A DNA stretch of 64,000 bases from Actinomycetota bacterium (GTDB lineage Bacteria; Actinomycetota; Geothermincolia; Geothermincolales; RBG-13-55-18). Both the position numbers and the translations under genes were made by a program. Under the pieces are notes generated by a model. The model was given only the letters and a program-made list of their open reading frames with translations. It was not told the DNA's origin and made no database searches. Where the stretch lies: NCBI GenBank assembly GCA_016931915.1, contig JAFGDU010000098.1:1728-65727 (forward strand). The letters are read 5' to 3'. Numbering within the stretch: position 1 is the first letter of the stretch; every line of letters starts with the position of its first letter. Shown piece by piece: positions 17,526 through 26,434 of the stretch.

Positions 17526-19069
17526 GTATCCGCTATGCCCGACAGGTATATTTCCTCCGCGAGGTCGCAGGCCTCCTTCTGTAGCCCGGACATCACGGCC
17601 ATCCCGTCTCCAAGCTCCAGGCTAAGGTCGCTGCCCCCTTCGTATGCGGGCCATGCGGGCAACCCGTCATCGTTGGGGTCTCCCGCGCGGGCGAAGTTCA
17701 CCCAATAATGCATGATAGTCGAGGAAAGTCGTCTGTCAGGCTCGCCGTATCCCTCCCCCGTATCCAGCTCCCCGAAGACATAGGGCAGCTCGGACCCGTG
17801 GCAGGCGCAGAGATCCCTGCCCTGCTCGGTGGGGGGAACGCGGATGAAACGGTAGAGATAAGCCCTTCTCCCCCGCTCGCTGACACAGCGCGCGAGGAAA
17901 CGGCTCGGCGCCGCGAATTCGAAGGCAGTGACCATCTCGCTCAGGGCGGCTTTCACGCCCCCCTCGCGTCCGGGCGGGAAAAGCCGCAGCGCTTCCTCCG
18001 CCTGCTCCCCCGCCATGCGCCGCACGAACTTCGTGTAGTCGCCGGCGGAGCAATCGAGGCCGGCGAGGAAGAAGTTTGCCTCGTCCCGGTTTGACCCGAT
18101 GATGAGATCGACGTCGTGTATCTTTCCCCGGGAAAAGAGAGTCTCCGGCCGGTCCGGGAGCAGCCACCCGTCCACCACCGGCCCGAAATCCATGCCGCCG
18201 GGCAGCAGCCCTATCTCGAGGCGGGAGGCGGCCAGTATTTCCTCCTCCCCGCGTGCGCGCATGTCGGCCAGTACGTCGCGCGAGCCATCGCTGCCCAAGG
18301 CCCGCGCCAGCTTCCCTCCCACTTCCTCGGCCCGTGACAGGGAGCGGTACGCGGGGGGAAGCAGGTGTCTTATCCAGAAGGGAGAGCTCTCGGCTATGGC
18401 GCCGCCGAAGAGGCCCTCCGCCAGCGGGCTTGCCACGAGGTCCAGGATGCTGGTGGCGCCCGCAGATTCCCCGAAGAGGGTGACGCGCGACGCGTCCCCG
18501 CCGAAGCCACCGATGTTCCGTCGTACCCACTCCAGGGCGGCCAGCTGGTCCAGCAGACCGTAGTTGCCGGATACGCCCGCGGGCGATTCCCGTGAGAGGA
18601 GCGGATGGGCCAGGAAGCCTAAGGGACCAAGACGATAATTGATGGTCACCACGACGGCGCCGCGCCCGGCCAGCCCGCGGCCGTTGTACAGGGGAAGGCC
18701 GCGGTGGAGCTCCAGCGACGTCGAGCCGGAGAGGAAGGCGCCGCCGTGTATCCAGACCATAACCGGAGGCGGCTCCCCGGTCTCCCCCGCCGCCACCCAC
18801 ACGTTGAGGTACAGGCAGTCCTCCCCGAGTCCCCCCAGGCCGTACCAGGGGGCCTCGGGTTGGGGGCAGGAGTCGCCGAACTGCTTGCAGGGCCGTACGC
18901 CCTCCCAGGCGGGCACCGGCTGGGGCGGTTTCCAACGCAGCCTGCCGATAGGCGGCGCGGCGTAGGGGATACCCAGGAATTCCCATATTCCCTCCTCCAG
19001 CCTGCCTTCGACCATCCCGGCATCGGTGCTCACCGCACACCTGCACGGGCCGGTCTCCTTGAAGTCCAT
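17522..19069 (-). CDS. type B carboxylesterase/lipase family protein
   Basis: 515 aa. FLGIPYAAPP, EDCLYLNVW, HGGAF, nucleophile elbow GESAGA. Confidence 0.85.
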   Translation of the reverse strand: MDFKETGPCRCAVSTDAGMVEGRLEEGIWEFLGIPYAAPPIGRLRWKPPQPVPAWEGVRPCKQFGDSCPQPEAPWYGLGGLGEDCLYLNVWVAAGETGEPPPVMVWIHGGAFLSGSTSLELHRGLPLYNGRGLAGRGAVVVTINYRLGPLGFLAHPLLSRESPAGVSGNYGLLDQLAALEWVRRNIGGFGGDASRVTLFGESAGATSILDLVASPLAEGLFGGAIAESSPFWIRHLLPPAYRSLSRAEEVGGKLARALGSDGSRDVLADMRARGEEEILAASRLEIGLLPGGMDFGPVVDGWLLPDRPETLFSRGKIHDVDLIIGSNRDEANFFLAGLDCSAGDYTKFVRRMAGEQAEEALRLFPPGREGGVKAALSEMVTAFEFAAPSRFLARCVSERGRRAYLYRFIRVPPTEQGRDLCACHGSELPYVFGELDTGEGYGEPDRRLSSTIMHYWVNFARAGDPNDDGLPAWPAYEGGSDLSLELGDGMAVMSGLQKEACDLAEEIYLSGIADT

Positions 19070-19291
19070 AACGTATCCTACCCTCCGTTTTCCAGCGCGA
19101 TTATACTTTCAGCCTTTATTAATGATAGGGCAAACGGCGGCGGCGCGGGACTTAGCTGGAGGTGGGAGGTTTCCTCAACTGGGGCAATAAGGAAAGGACG
19201 ATCAATATGAACGTTTTCTCAAGGAATATCTCTTGCGTCCGATATAAAGAGACGGTGTTTGCTTCTACTGCTATAAGGGTGGTGAGTTTTC

Positions 19292-20227
19292 ATGAACGAG
19301 GAGAGGAGAGCAGGCTTGGGGAAGGGCAGATCGCGGCTCCTATACCAGATAACTCTTATGCTGGTCATAGTGCTGGTGATCATAGGCGTGACCGTCTTCC
19401 TGGTCGTCAACGGCGCTATGGATCGCCTGATCGAGGAGGACAAGCAGGACCGCATCGACTCGGAGGCCCAGATCATCTACAACGATGCCGTATATATATC
19501 CGACATCCAGCTCGCGCAGATGCTGGTGGATTTTCCGGAACTGGACGTCGCGGAGGTCCTCGCAGCCGTAAAAGAGAAAAGGATGCACGAATTCATTGCA
19601 TACGCCAACGAAGGGCTGAAGGAAGGCTTGGAGGCGGGGATGCTGGGGGCGGAGACGGTTATGATAGCAGACCCTACGGGCTCGACTTCCCTTGGCTATC
19701 CTTTTGCCCTGGCGTGCAGTGATGACGATCTGACATACGAGGAGATCCCGGAGAACATAATCACGGCCTTCGAGGAAGACGAGCACTATATTTACCTGGA
19801 GGAGGGCATCCCCGAGCTTGGCTTCGAGGGCGAATACCTGGTAACCCTCGTTTCGTTACGCCCTCAAGGCATCCCTACGGAATATATTTTCCTGGGCATC
19901 AGGCCCTTCGCTGAGGAGATCGCCCGCATAGACGATTTCTACAGCAGCGAGAGGAACCGGGTTACCTGGATCCTGGCGTTGGTGATCGGGGGCGGCATCG
20001 TCCTCATCTTCCTCATCACCTTCTTCATCCTGCAGCGCATGATCAACAAACAGATAACCCGACCCATAGACGAATTGACCGCCGTAGCCGGAGAGGTTAT
20101 GGACGGAAACCTGGACGTGGAGATCGATATACGCGAGGGCGAGGAGTTCGAGACCCTCAAGCGGGCTTTCAGGGAGATGCTGGTAAGCATCCGGGACGTA
20201 TTGAACAAAAGCATTGGTAAAGAATAG
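19292..20227 (+). CDS. membrane sensor-like protein ending in a HAMP domain (no output domain)
   Basis: TM helix, ~200-aa extracytoplasmic region, second TM helix, then HAMP-like ITRPIDELTAVAGEVMDGNLDVEIDIREGEEFETLKRAFREML, with the stop 15 aa later. Confidence 0.65.
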   Translation: MNEERRAGLGKGRSRLLYQITLMLVIVLVIIGVTVFLVVNGAMDRLIEEDKQDRIDSEAQIIYNDAVYISDIQLAQMLVDFPELDVAEVLAAVKEKRMHEFIAYANEGLKEGLEAGMLGAETVMIADPTGSTSLGYPFALACSDDDLTYEEIPENIITAFEEDEHYIYLEEGIPELGFEGEYLVTLVSLRPQGIPTEYIFLGIRPFAEEIARIDDFYSSERNRVTWILALVIGGGIVLIFLITFFILQRMINKQITRPIDELTAVAGEVMDGNLDVEIDIREGEEFETLKRAFREMLVSIRDVLNKSIGKE

Positions 20228-20274
20228 TGCGGGAACGGGCTGCCGTTAGTCGGCTGCTGGAGAGTTGGCTGCAT

Positions 20275-20302
20275 CAGGCCGGGGCAATAATACCCCGGCC
20301 TG
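20275..20302 (+). terminator. GC-rich hairpin after the HAMP gene, between convergent genes
   Basis: CAGGCCGGGG-caataata-CCCCGGCCTG followed by atatcttt. Confidence 0.45.
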
Positions 20303-20380
20303 ATATCTTTGCAGCGATTCAGGTGGTCCGAACCTCCGGTGCAGGGTTTCGGTTGACCAGCCTGCCGCAGCTCGCCGCGG

Positions 20381-21133
20381 TCAGAGGTCGGCCTTCTCGA
20401 AAAGCAGCATGGATATATAGAGCAATGCGGCGGCCAGAACGGAAAGAAAGAGGATGCCGGGAAGGAGTTCCGCCAGGCCCGCCGCGCCCACAACGGCCTC
20501 GGAGGACCGGCTGAAGAGGGCTGTAGGCGCGAGCTCCCACGGGAGCGGCAGCAATCCCAGCAGCAGTGATACTACGAAGAAAAGGACCAGGGAAAGCACC
20601 CCGGACAACACCGCTCTTCTGGTTACAACTCCCATGAAGATGGTCAGGGCGAGCAGCATGCACAGGCAGGCGGCACAGGCAATGAGGGATTCCAGCACGC
20701 CCCAGAAGCGCAGCCCGCCGAAGAGCAACTCGGTGTAAATGGCGAAGCAGGCATGCCCCAAGACCAGGCCCACGAGTATGAGCAGGGTATAGGAGACGAA
20801 ACCGCTCCCGATCACGGCCCTGCGGTTTATGGGCTTGGTGAAGAGTATCTCGAAGAAACGGCTGTTTCTCTTGCCGGCCGTGATACCCACTGCCAGGAGC
20901 ACCACGATGAGGGTGATTATCTGGGTTATATTATCGAAATACTGCGTCGCGGCGCTGAGGGCCGTCGTGTCCCTTAAGATCACCTGGAACTCCTCCGACT
21001 CCGGCAATATTTTCGGGAGCACCTTCATCAACACGGGGCTTATGATGCCGAAAACCACAAAAGCCCCGACTATGACGTAAGCCCTGTAAGTCCTGACCGC
21101 TTCGAGCAGGTCCTTTCTAAGCTGGTTCTTCAA
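20381..21133 (-). CDS. ABC-2 type transporter permease
   Basis: 250 aa, six predicted hydrophobic helices. Overlaps the upstream ATPase gene by 17 nt. Confidence 0.7.
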   Translation of the reverse strand: MKNQLRKDLLEAVRTYRAYVIVGAFVVFGIISPVLMKVLPKILPESEEFQVILRDTTALSAATQYFDNITQIITLIVVLLAVGITAGKRNSRFFEILFTKPINRRAVIGSGFVSYTLLILVGLVLGHACFAIYTELLFGGLRFWGVLESLIACAACLCMLLALTIFMGVVTRRAVLSGVLSLVLFFVVSLLLGLLPLPWELAPTALFSRSSEAVVGAAGLAELLPGILFLSVLAAALLYISMLLFEKADL

Positions 21134-22064
21134 CCCGATCTCCCCTGGTCAGCGAGATATATACCTCCTCGAGGGTTGGCGACCTCTTTACGAATCTCAT
21201 CAGTTCCAGCCCTGCCTCGGCGATGAGCGCCGGTATCGCCTTTCCCGCGCGTGACACGTCCGACACCACCACGCTCAGGGTGTTTCCATCCACCGTGAGG
21301 GTATTCACCCAGGGCATGTCTTTTAGGTTCCCCGCGAGGGCCTCCGCACCCTCCCTTACCTCCAGGATGAAGGCATTGCCTTCGGGGCGGGACCTGATAT
21401 CGGCGAGGGGCGCGTCGAGGATCTTCACGCCGCTGTCTATCATCAGCACGTCATCGCATATCCTCTCCACGTCCTCCAGAAGATGCGTGGAGACGAGCAC
21501 CGCAGCCCTGCCCTTCAGGCGCTCGATATAGGTGATGACCTCGTAGCGCCCCAGGGGGTCGAGCCCGGACGTGGGCTCGTCGAGTATCAGCAGCTCCGGC
21601 TCGCCCATCAACGCCTGGGCCATCCCCAGCCTCTGGCGTTCCCCCCTGCTGAACCCCTCTATCTTTCTCTTCTGCAGCCTCTCCAGGCCGAACTCCTGCA
21701 TCACTTCCGCGACGCGAAGCTTTATCGCTTTCCTGTCCCGCGAAAAGAACCCCCCGATGTATTCCAGGAACTCGGGGGGACGCATCCACTCAACGAAGAC
21801 CGGTACGTCGGGCATATAGCCGATCTTAGCGAGACCCTCCATATCATGCCGGTCCGCCCGCTTTCCGAAACGGAAGACCTCCCCTTCGTCGGGGGAGATG
21901 AGGCCGAGGATCATCTTCAGGGTGGTCGTCTTTCCCGCGCCGTTGGGGCCGACCAGGCCCACCTGCCGGCCGGGGCGGACCGTGAAGCTCACGCGGTCCA
22001 CGGCGGTCAGCTCGCCGAATCTCTTGCTGAGGCCGGTGACCTCCACCACGCTGTCAGGGCCCAT
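21117..22064 (-). CDS. ABC transporter ATP-binding protein
   Basis: Walker A GPNGAGKTT, signature FSRGERQRL, Walker B LILDEPTSGLD. Confidence 0.9.
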   Translation of the reverse strand: MGPDSVVEVTGLSKRFGELTAVDRVSFTVRPGRQVGLVGPNGAGKTTTLKMILGLISPDEGEVFRFGKRADRHDMEGLAKIGYMPDVPVFVEWMRPPEFLEYIGGFFSRDRKAIKLRVAEVMQEFGLERLQKRKIEGFSRGERQRLGMAQALMGEPELLILDEPTSGLDPLGRYEVITYIERLKGRAAVLVSTHLLEDVERICDDVLMIDSGVKILDAPLADIRSRPEGNAFILEVREGAEALAGNLKDMPWVNTLTVDGNTLSVVVSDVSRAGKAIPALIAEAGLELMRFVKRSPTLEEVYISLTRGDRVEEPA

Positions 22065-22341
22065 AGTCCTCCCCTCCGCCCTCCGCCGGCATGCGTCCCC
22101 AGGCCAGGTATATGATGGGCCCGATGATGTTAATGAGCACGATGACGACGACCCACAAGAGTTTGCTGCCGTAGCGCACCCTCTCGCGCCTGGCCACGTC
22201 CACCAGGGCGTACACCATGAGCGCGAGTTGGATTATTATCACCGGCAGGAGATAGAGGACCAGCTCGCCCGTTGTTATGCCGTTCCCAGCCTCCACGATA
22301 TCACCACCGTCTCCTTCCCACCTTTTCCCGTACGTTGGCAA
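22054..22341 (-). CDS. small membrane protein, PLD-nuclease-N-terminal (PLDc_N)-like
   Basis: 95 aa, two helices. LLWVVVIVLINIIGPIIYLAWGR is typical of this family, which often precedes ABC-2 operons. 11-nt overlap with the ATPase gene. Confidence 0.55.
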   Translation of the reverse strand: MPTYGKRWEGDGGDIVEAGNGITTGELVLYLLPVIIIQLALMVYALVDVARRERVRYGSKLLWVVVIVLINIIGPIIYLAWGRMPAEGGGEDYGP

Positions 22342-22393
22342 ATGATATCGGACACGGACATTCTACCTTGTACCTATGCCTTGCGTCTCGATA

Positions 22394-22463
22394 GGGGTCG
22401 TATCTTTATTTTTGAATTCACAACCAGAAATTGTCAGGCTATTCAAGAATAAAGATGTGACCC
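22394..22463 (+). repeat. family A hairpin element, copy A1
   Basis: GGGGTCGTATCTTTATTTTTGAAT-tcacaaccagaaattgtcaggct-ATTCAAGAATAAAGATGTGACCC. Confidence 0.9.
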
Positions 22464-22721
22464 TGGAGCCGGACATTGGGTTTGGACAACTCGACCCGCC
22501 AGTTGGATGGTAAGATATTGGCATCAGGAGGTTCATATGAGGGATTTCGACTGATGTTTGTTGCAGGAAACGGAAATGGAAAATAGCAACTCACAGCTAG
22601 AAAACAATCTCTACGGGCAAAGTCCCGTAAATTGGTGCATCATACTCAGAATACTGATATCAGGTAGTGTATTTGGAAAACCCCTGGTTAATCAAGGCTC
22701 TTACAATACCAGGAGGTTGCC

Positions 22722-23516
22722 ATGATAAGTTACAAAGAGTTACGAACGGTTACACCACACGATCCATTCATGTCTGGAGATAACCTTTCCTATTTTGTGG
22801 TAGCTTATTTCCCCAAAGCGGATCTCATGAGGATCTTGCGGAGGGGGATGTCTATACCTTCTGAAGAGATCATGGCCAGGGAATTCCCGACTGCAAAGCA
22901 GAGGAAGGGTATGATCCCGTTCTTGACCCTGTACAGCAGGTGCAACAATGTCCGCGAGCATATCTTCGATGTCACCGTGCGTCCGTACCTGGAGATCAAT
23001 TTCTTTTTCCCGGTCATTTACACCTACAAGGGCGAGGAGCATCTGTGCTCGTTCATGCCACTGCTCTACCTCGATCGCCTTTTCCACACAGTTGGCGGAT
23101 GCCTGCTAGGCTTGCGCAAACAATTCCACCCCAACTTGAGATTCACGGAGACCGACACGTTGTGCTCTTTCCATCTCGAAAACATCCTCAGCGCGAGTTT
23201 TCCGGATGATTCGATGCAAGAGGTAGATGAAGTCGACCCGTTCATCACGCAGATATTCAGAAAGCCGACCCTGACCTATTCCTATTTCCACAAGACCGAC
23301 TTCTACACGACGCAAGTGTTTGATGCCAAGAAGGTGTACAGAGCTTCGGCTGACTTCGAATGGAACTGCAAGGGCACCGTGATCAAGAGCGACGAGCATA
23401 CCTTCTGCAACTTCGCCGAGTACAGCTTCACGGTTTCACGGGCCATGAGCTACAAGAAATACTTCTACCCGAAATACCCTGTAGATTGGGAGCAAATAAC
23501 GGAGATCCAGATCTGA
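22722..23516 (+). CDS. hypothetical protein on a low-GC insert; possible acetoacetate-decarboxylase-like fold
   Basis: 264 aa. AGGAGG 5 nt before the ATG. 41 G+C in the first 100 nt, versus 71/100 at 21961-22060. The pattern YLEINFFFPV..LLYLDRLFHTVGGCLLGLRKQF..ETDTLCSF resembles ADC-family blocks (from memory only). Confidence 0.6.
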   Translation: MISYKELRTVTPHDPFMSGDNLSYFVVAYFPKADLMRILRRGMSIPSEEIMAREFPTAKQRKGMIPFLTLYSRCNNVREHIFDVTVRPYLEINFFFPVIYTYKGEEHLCSFMPLLYLDRLFHTVGGCLLGLRKQFHPNLRFTETDTLCSFHLENILSASFPDDSMQEVDEVDPFITQIFRKPTLTYSYFHKTDFYTTQVFDAKKVYRASADFEWNCKGTVIKSDEHTFCNFAEYSFTVSRAMSYKKYFYPKYPVDWEQITEIQI

Positions 23517-23541
23517 TCCCTTACGAGCTCGCGAAATAATA

Positions 23542-23612
23542 GGGGTCATATCTTTATCTTTGAAATCACGACCAGAAATTGCCAGATAATTTAAAAATAA
23601 AGATGTGACCCC
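23542..23612 (+). repeat. family A hairpin element, copy A2
   Basis: GGGGTCATATCTTTATCTTTGAAA-tcacgaccagaaattgccagataa-TTTAAAAATAAAGATGTGACCCC. TA on both flanks. Confidence 0.9.
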
Positions 23613-23650
23613 TATAGTTTAGAAGACGCGGTTCCCGCCTCTGAGAATGT

Positions 23651-23691
23651 AAAAAAACCAGGCCGGGGCATATACCCTCTGACCTGGTTTT
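23651..23691 (-). terminator. intrinsic terminator after the tRNA cluster
   Basis: Minus strand reads AAACCAGG-tcagagggtatatgccccgg-CCTGGTTT followed by TTTTT, 4 nt after the tRNA-Phe 3-prime end region. Confidence 0.55.
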
Positions 23692-23695
23692 ATGG

Positions 23696-23771
23696 TGGTG
23701 GCGAGAGAGGGATTTGAACCCCCGACGCCAGGATTTTCAGTCCTGCGCTCTACCAACTGAGCTATCTCGCC
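23696..23771 (-). tRNA. tRNA-Phe (GAA)
   Basis: Reverse complement GGCGAGATAGCTCAGTTGGTAGAGCGCAGGACTGAAAATCCTGGCGTCGGGGGTTCAAATCCCTCTCTCGCCACCA. 76 nt, anticodon loop CUGAAAA, encoded CCA. Confidence 0.95.
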
Positions 23772-23804
23772 TCTAGATATATAGACTCCCGTGGGAGTAA
23801 ATAT

Positions 23805-23882
23805 TGGCGGAACCGACGGGATTTGAACCCGCGATCTCCGGCTTGACAGGCCGGCGTGTTAACCTGGCTACACCACGGCTCC
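23805..23882 (-). tRNA. tRNA-Asp (GTC)
   Basis: Reverse complement GGAGCCGTGGTGTAGCCAGGTTAACACGCCGGCCTGTCAAGCCGGAGATCGCGGGTTCAAATCCCGTCGGTTCCGCCA. Anticodon loop CUGUCAA. Confidence 0.9.
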
Positions 23883-23963
23883 GCGAAAAAACCTGCTGTG
23901 GGGGCCGTTCGGGCCCCAGCAATTATATTATATTAAGTTGTCACCCCGGACAATCTTAACACC

Positions 23964-24039
23964 TGGTGCCCCCAACGGGATTTGAACCCGTGTCACCGCC
24001 TTGAAAGGGCGATATCCTAGGCCTCTAGACGATGGGGGC
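23964..24039 (-). tRNA. tRNA-Glu (TTC)
   Basis: Reverse complement GCCCCCATCGTCTAGAGGCCTAGGATATCGCCCTTTCAAGGCGGTGACACGGGTTCAAATCCCGTTGGGGGCACCA. Anticodon loop CUUUCAA. Confidence 0.95.
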
Positions 24040-24256
24040 ATACATCAAATCGTATGCGCTACTTACACCTGCATATATGATAACATCCCTGCCGGGATGT
24101 GCCCTGACCCAGGCCATAAAGATTTAAGCATCTTGGCAGTTCAATATCAATCCTTTTTGACCGATAAGTGAGGTGGGAGACGATATATGGGTTTTCCCGC
24201 CAGGAAAGGGCTTATTTTTATCTCAAGAGCCCTGCTGTTGCAAAGGACGAGTCCCT

Positions 24257-26434
24257 ATGGAAGATAGCAATAAACGGGATATAGAGCAGAAGGGGGGCGC
24301 CGACATCACGGGGGGTGATGAGGCACGGCTGAGGTCCGTCGTCGATATCTTCTCCCGCCTGTCCATCGCCTGCAAGTCCCGCATGCTCTATCCTGCGGAG
24401 CACCCCACCGCCATCGACACGGTGGTCCTGCTGCATGCCGTGATGGAGGACTCCCTACGCACCATACCCAGCATAGCGGTGAAGGTCGGAAAGGACAGCC
24501 TGGTCTACGAGAATTGGGTGGTGGGGCGCAGGATGGAGAGCCTGCGAGCCCTGGCCTCGCGTATCCGCTCCCTGAACATACAGGAGATATTCATCGATGC
24601 AGGCGCATCCTTCCAGGAGGCCGAGGCCTTCGTGGAACTGCTGGTCTTCGACCCCGAGGAACTGGAGAAGGTCGGGGGGGCGGAGGCCTTTTTAACCGCC
24701 AAAGGAGTTCACAGCATCGTAGTGGCAGAGAGCGAGGCCCAGAGGGCGGAGGAAGAGGATGCGGAGGCAGAACTTATCGCAGAGGAACTGGCGACGGCGC
24801 CAGAGGAGATAGAGAGACCCGAGGCCGCCTCCCCCGAGGAAGTAGGGGACTTACTCGAGTTGCTGCTCAACCCCGAGGAACTCGGCCGGGTGCTCATGGC
24901 GTTAACTGGCAAGGACGGCAAGCCCCTGGGCAAGAAGGAACTGGCCGGCGCCATCTTCTTCTTTCTAAAGGATGCCAACGCGATCGTGAGAAGCGAGTAC
25001 CCGGAAAGGCAGGAGGAGTGTTGGCGCTCGATGGCGGAATCCCTGCTCTTCCTGAATGCTGACGTGCGCAACCTGCTTCTGCTCGGCTATCTCTTCCCCC
25101 AGCTGCGGGAAGAGCCCGTATGCTCCGAGATCCTCAAGCAGTTCAACGCCCAGGAGATGGCCGACCTGCTGAGCATCTTCCTTCCCATCACGCCCGAGCT
25201 CACCCCAAAGACGGGGAGCCTGCTCAAGGCCATAGGTTTCCGAGATGGAGAGATCCGCAATACCCTGAGGCTGCTGCGCGCTAAACTGGTGGACCTGGGA
25301 CAGATACCCACCTCACTGCTGGAACCACTGGAAAAAGGGCTCGAGAGGGGCAGGCCCAAGAGCCAGCCCTCCACCAGACTCCCGACTTTCGAGGATATTA
25401 TGTCGTGCCTGGGTGAATACCGGCCCGAGGAGCTGGACGAGATCCGGCTTATCTCGGTCTACGACCCGTCCCTTGATATGATGGCGGAAACCACCCCCAT
25501 GCTCCTGGGCCTGCTGAAGGAGGGAGGCGACCTGGACAACTCGGGCAAGGTCGTGGAGCTTCTGCAGCAGAATTTCTGGGGTCTTGCCATGTCCGCGCAA
25601 TTAGACCTGGCGGCATCGGTGCTGGAGGGCACGCGCGAGATACTGCAGAACGGCGACCCGAATATCGACCCCTTCCGCTCCGAACTCAAACGCATGTTGG
25701 AGGAGGCGGCCAGCGAAAAGGCCATGAAGAGCACCATCGCGGCTGCCTGCAGACGGCGTGGTAATCCTCAGGCGGTGGAGGCACTCAAGCGCTACATGGC
25801 CGCACTGGGCGAGAAGGGGCTCGCCGCAATGGTCGAGGCCCTGGGTGCGGAGGAGGACATGTCCGTGCGTAAATATATAGTCGACGTGCTCACCGCCATG
25901 TGCCGCGACCGCGTCAGCCTCCTGGGTGCTTACGTGGACGATCCGCGCTGGTACCTGGTGCGCAACGTCGTATCCATCATGGCCAGGTTCCATGACCCGG
26001 AGACCATCCCCTATCTGCGCCGCACCTTCTTCCACCCCAACCCCAAGGTGAGATCGGAGACCATCCGCGCCCTGGGTTTGACCGGCGGCTATGGGGCGAG
26101 CGAGCTGCTCATGCAGGGGCTGCAGGACCCGGACGAGAGGATGCGCATCCTGTGCATCCGCTGGCTGGGAAGGCTCGAGGAGGTCCGGGCGGTAAGCCAC
26201 TTGATCATGATGCTGGAGGACAAGGAACCTGGCGGTGAGAGCATGGACGTGAAGAAGGAGATCCTGCTGAGCCTGGGCGAGATCAAGGCCCCTGAGAGCT
26301 ACGAGGTGCTGAGAAAATACAAGATAAAACAGAAAAGGTTCAGCCGTGCAGAATGGCAGGAGCTGAACGAGGCGGCAGCCCAGTCGCTGCAACGGCTGGA
26401 GATAAAATTCCCCCACCTGGAGAGAAGAAGATGA
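24257..26434 (+). CDS. HEAT-repeat protein with N-terminal domain paralogous to the downstream HD-GYP protein
   Basis: C-terminal HEAT/PBS-lyase-like repeats (DPRWYLVRNVVSIMARFHDPETIPYL, NPKVRSETIRALG, DPDERMRILCIRWLG). ATG 24257 (MEDSNKRD); the ORF is open from 24173. Confidence 0.65.
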   Translation: MEDSNKRDIEQKGGADITGGDEARLRSVVDIFSRLSIACKSRMLYPAEHPTAIDTVVLLHAVMEDSLRTIPSIAVKVGKDSLVYENWVVGRRMESLRALASRIRSLNIQEIFIDAGASFQEAEAFVELLVFDPEELEKVGGAEAFLTAKGVHSIVVAESEAQRAEEEDAEAELIAEELATAPEEIERPEAASPEEVGDLLELLLNPEELGRVLMALTGKDGKPLGKKELAGAIFFFLKDANAIVRSEYPERQEECWRSMAESLLFLNADVRNLLLLGYLFPQLREEPVCSEILKQFNAQEMADLLSIFLPITPELTPKTGSLLKAIGFRDGEIRNTLRLLRAKLVDLGQIPTSLLEPLEKGLERGRPKSQPSTRLPTFEDIMSCLGEYRPEELDEIRLISVYDPSLDMMAETTPMLLGLLKEGGDLDNSGKVVELLQQNFWGLAMSAQLDLAASVLEGTREILQNGDPNIDPFRSELKRMLEEAASEKAMKSTIAAACRRRGNPQAVEALKRYMAALGEKGLAAMVEALGAEEDMSVRKYIVDVLTAMCRDRVSLLGAYVDDPRWYLVRNVVSIMARFHDPETIPYLRRTFFHPNPKVRSETIRALGLTGGYGASELLMQGLQDPDERMRILCIRWLGRLEEVRAVSHLIMMLEDKEPGGESMDVKKEILLSLGEIKAPESYEVLRKYKIKQKRFSRAEWQELNEAAAQSLQRLEIKFPHLERRR

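Noticed and set aside
17736-19046. 436-aa minus-strand ORF in another frame of the carboxylesterase gene, and similar long alternative-frame ORFs (13918..14982, 30348..31715, 36098..36973, 25601..26467, 47229..48623, 56469..57668, 59009..60142)
   Set aside because: All are Arg/Gly/Pro-rich with no recognisable motifs. Each overlaps an ORF with clear family signatures. This is expected in roughly 65% GC DNA.
22342-23771. tRNA-Phe-targeted integrative island
   Set aside because: No integrase is present. The insert is only about 1.3 kb, and I found no direct repeat of the tRNA-Phe 3-prime end on the far side (22342-22400).
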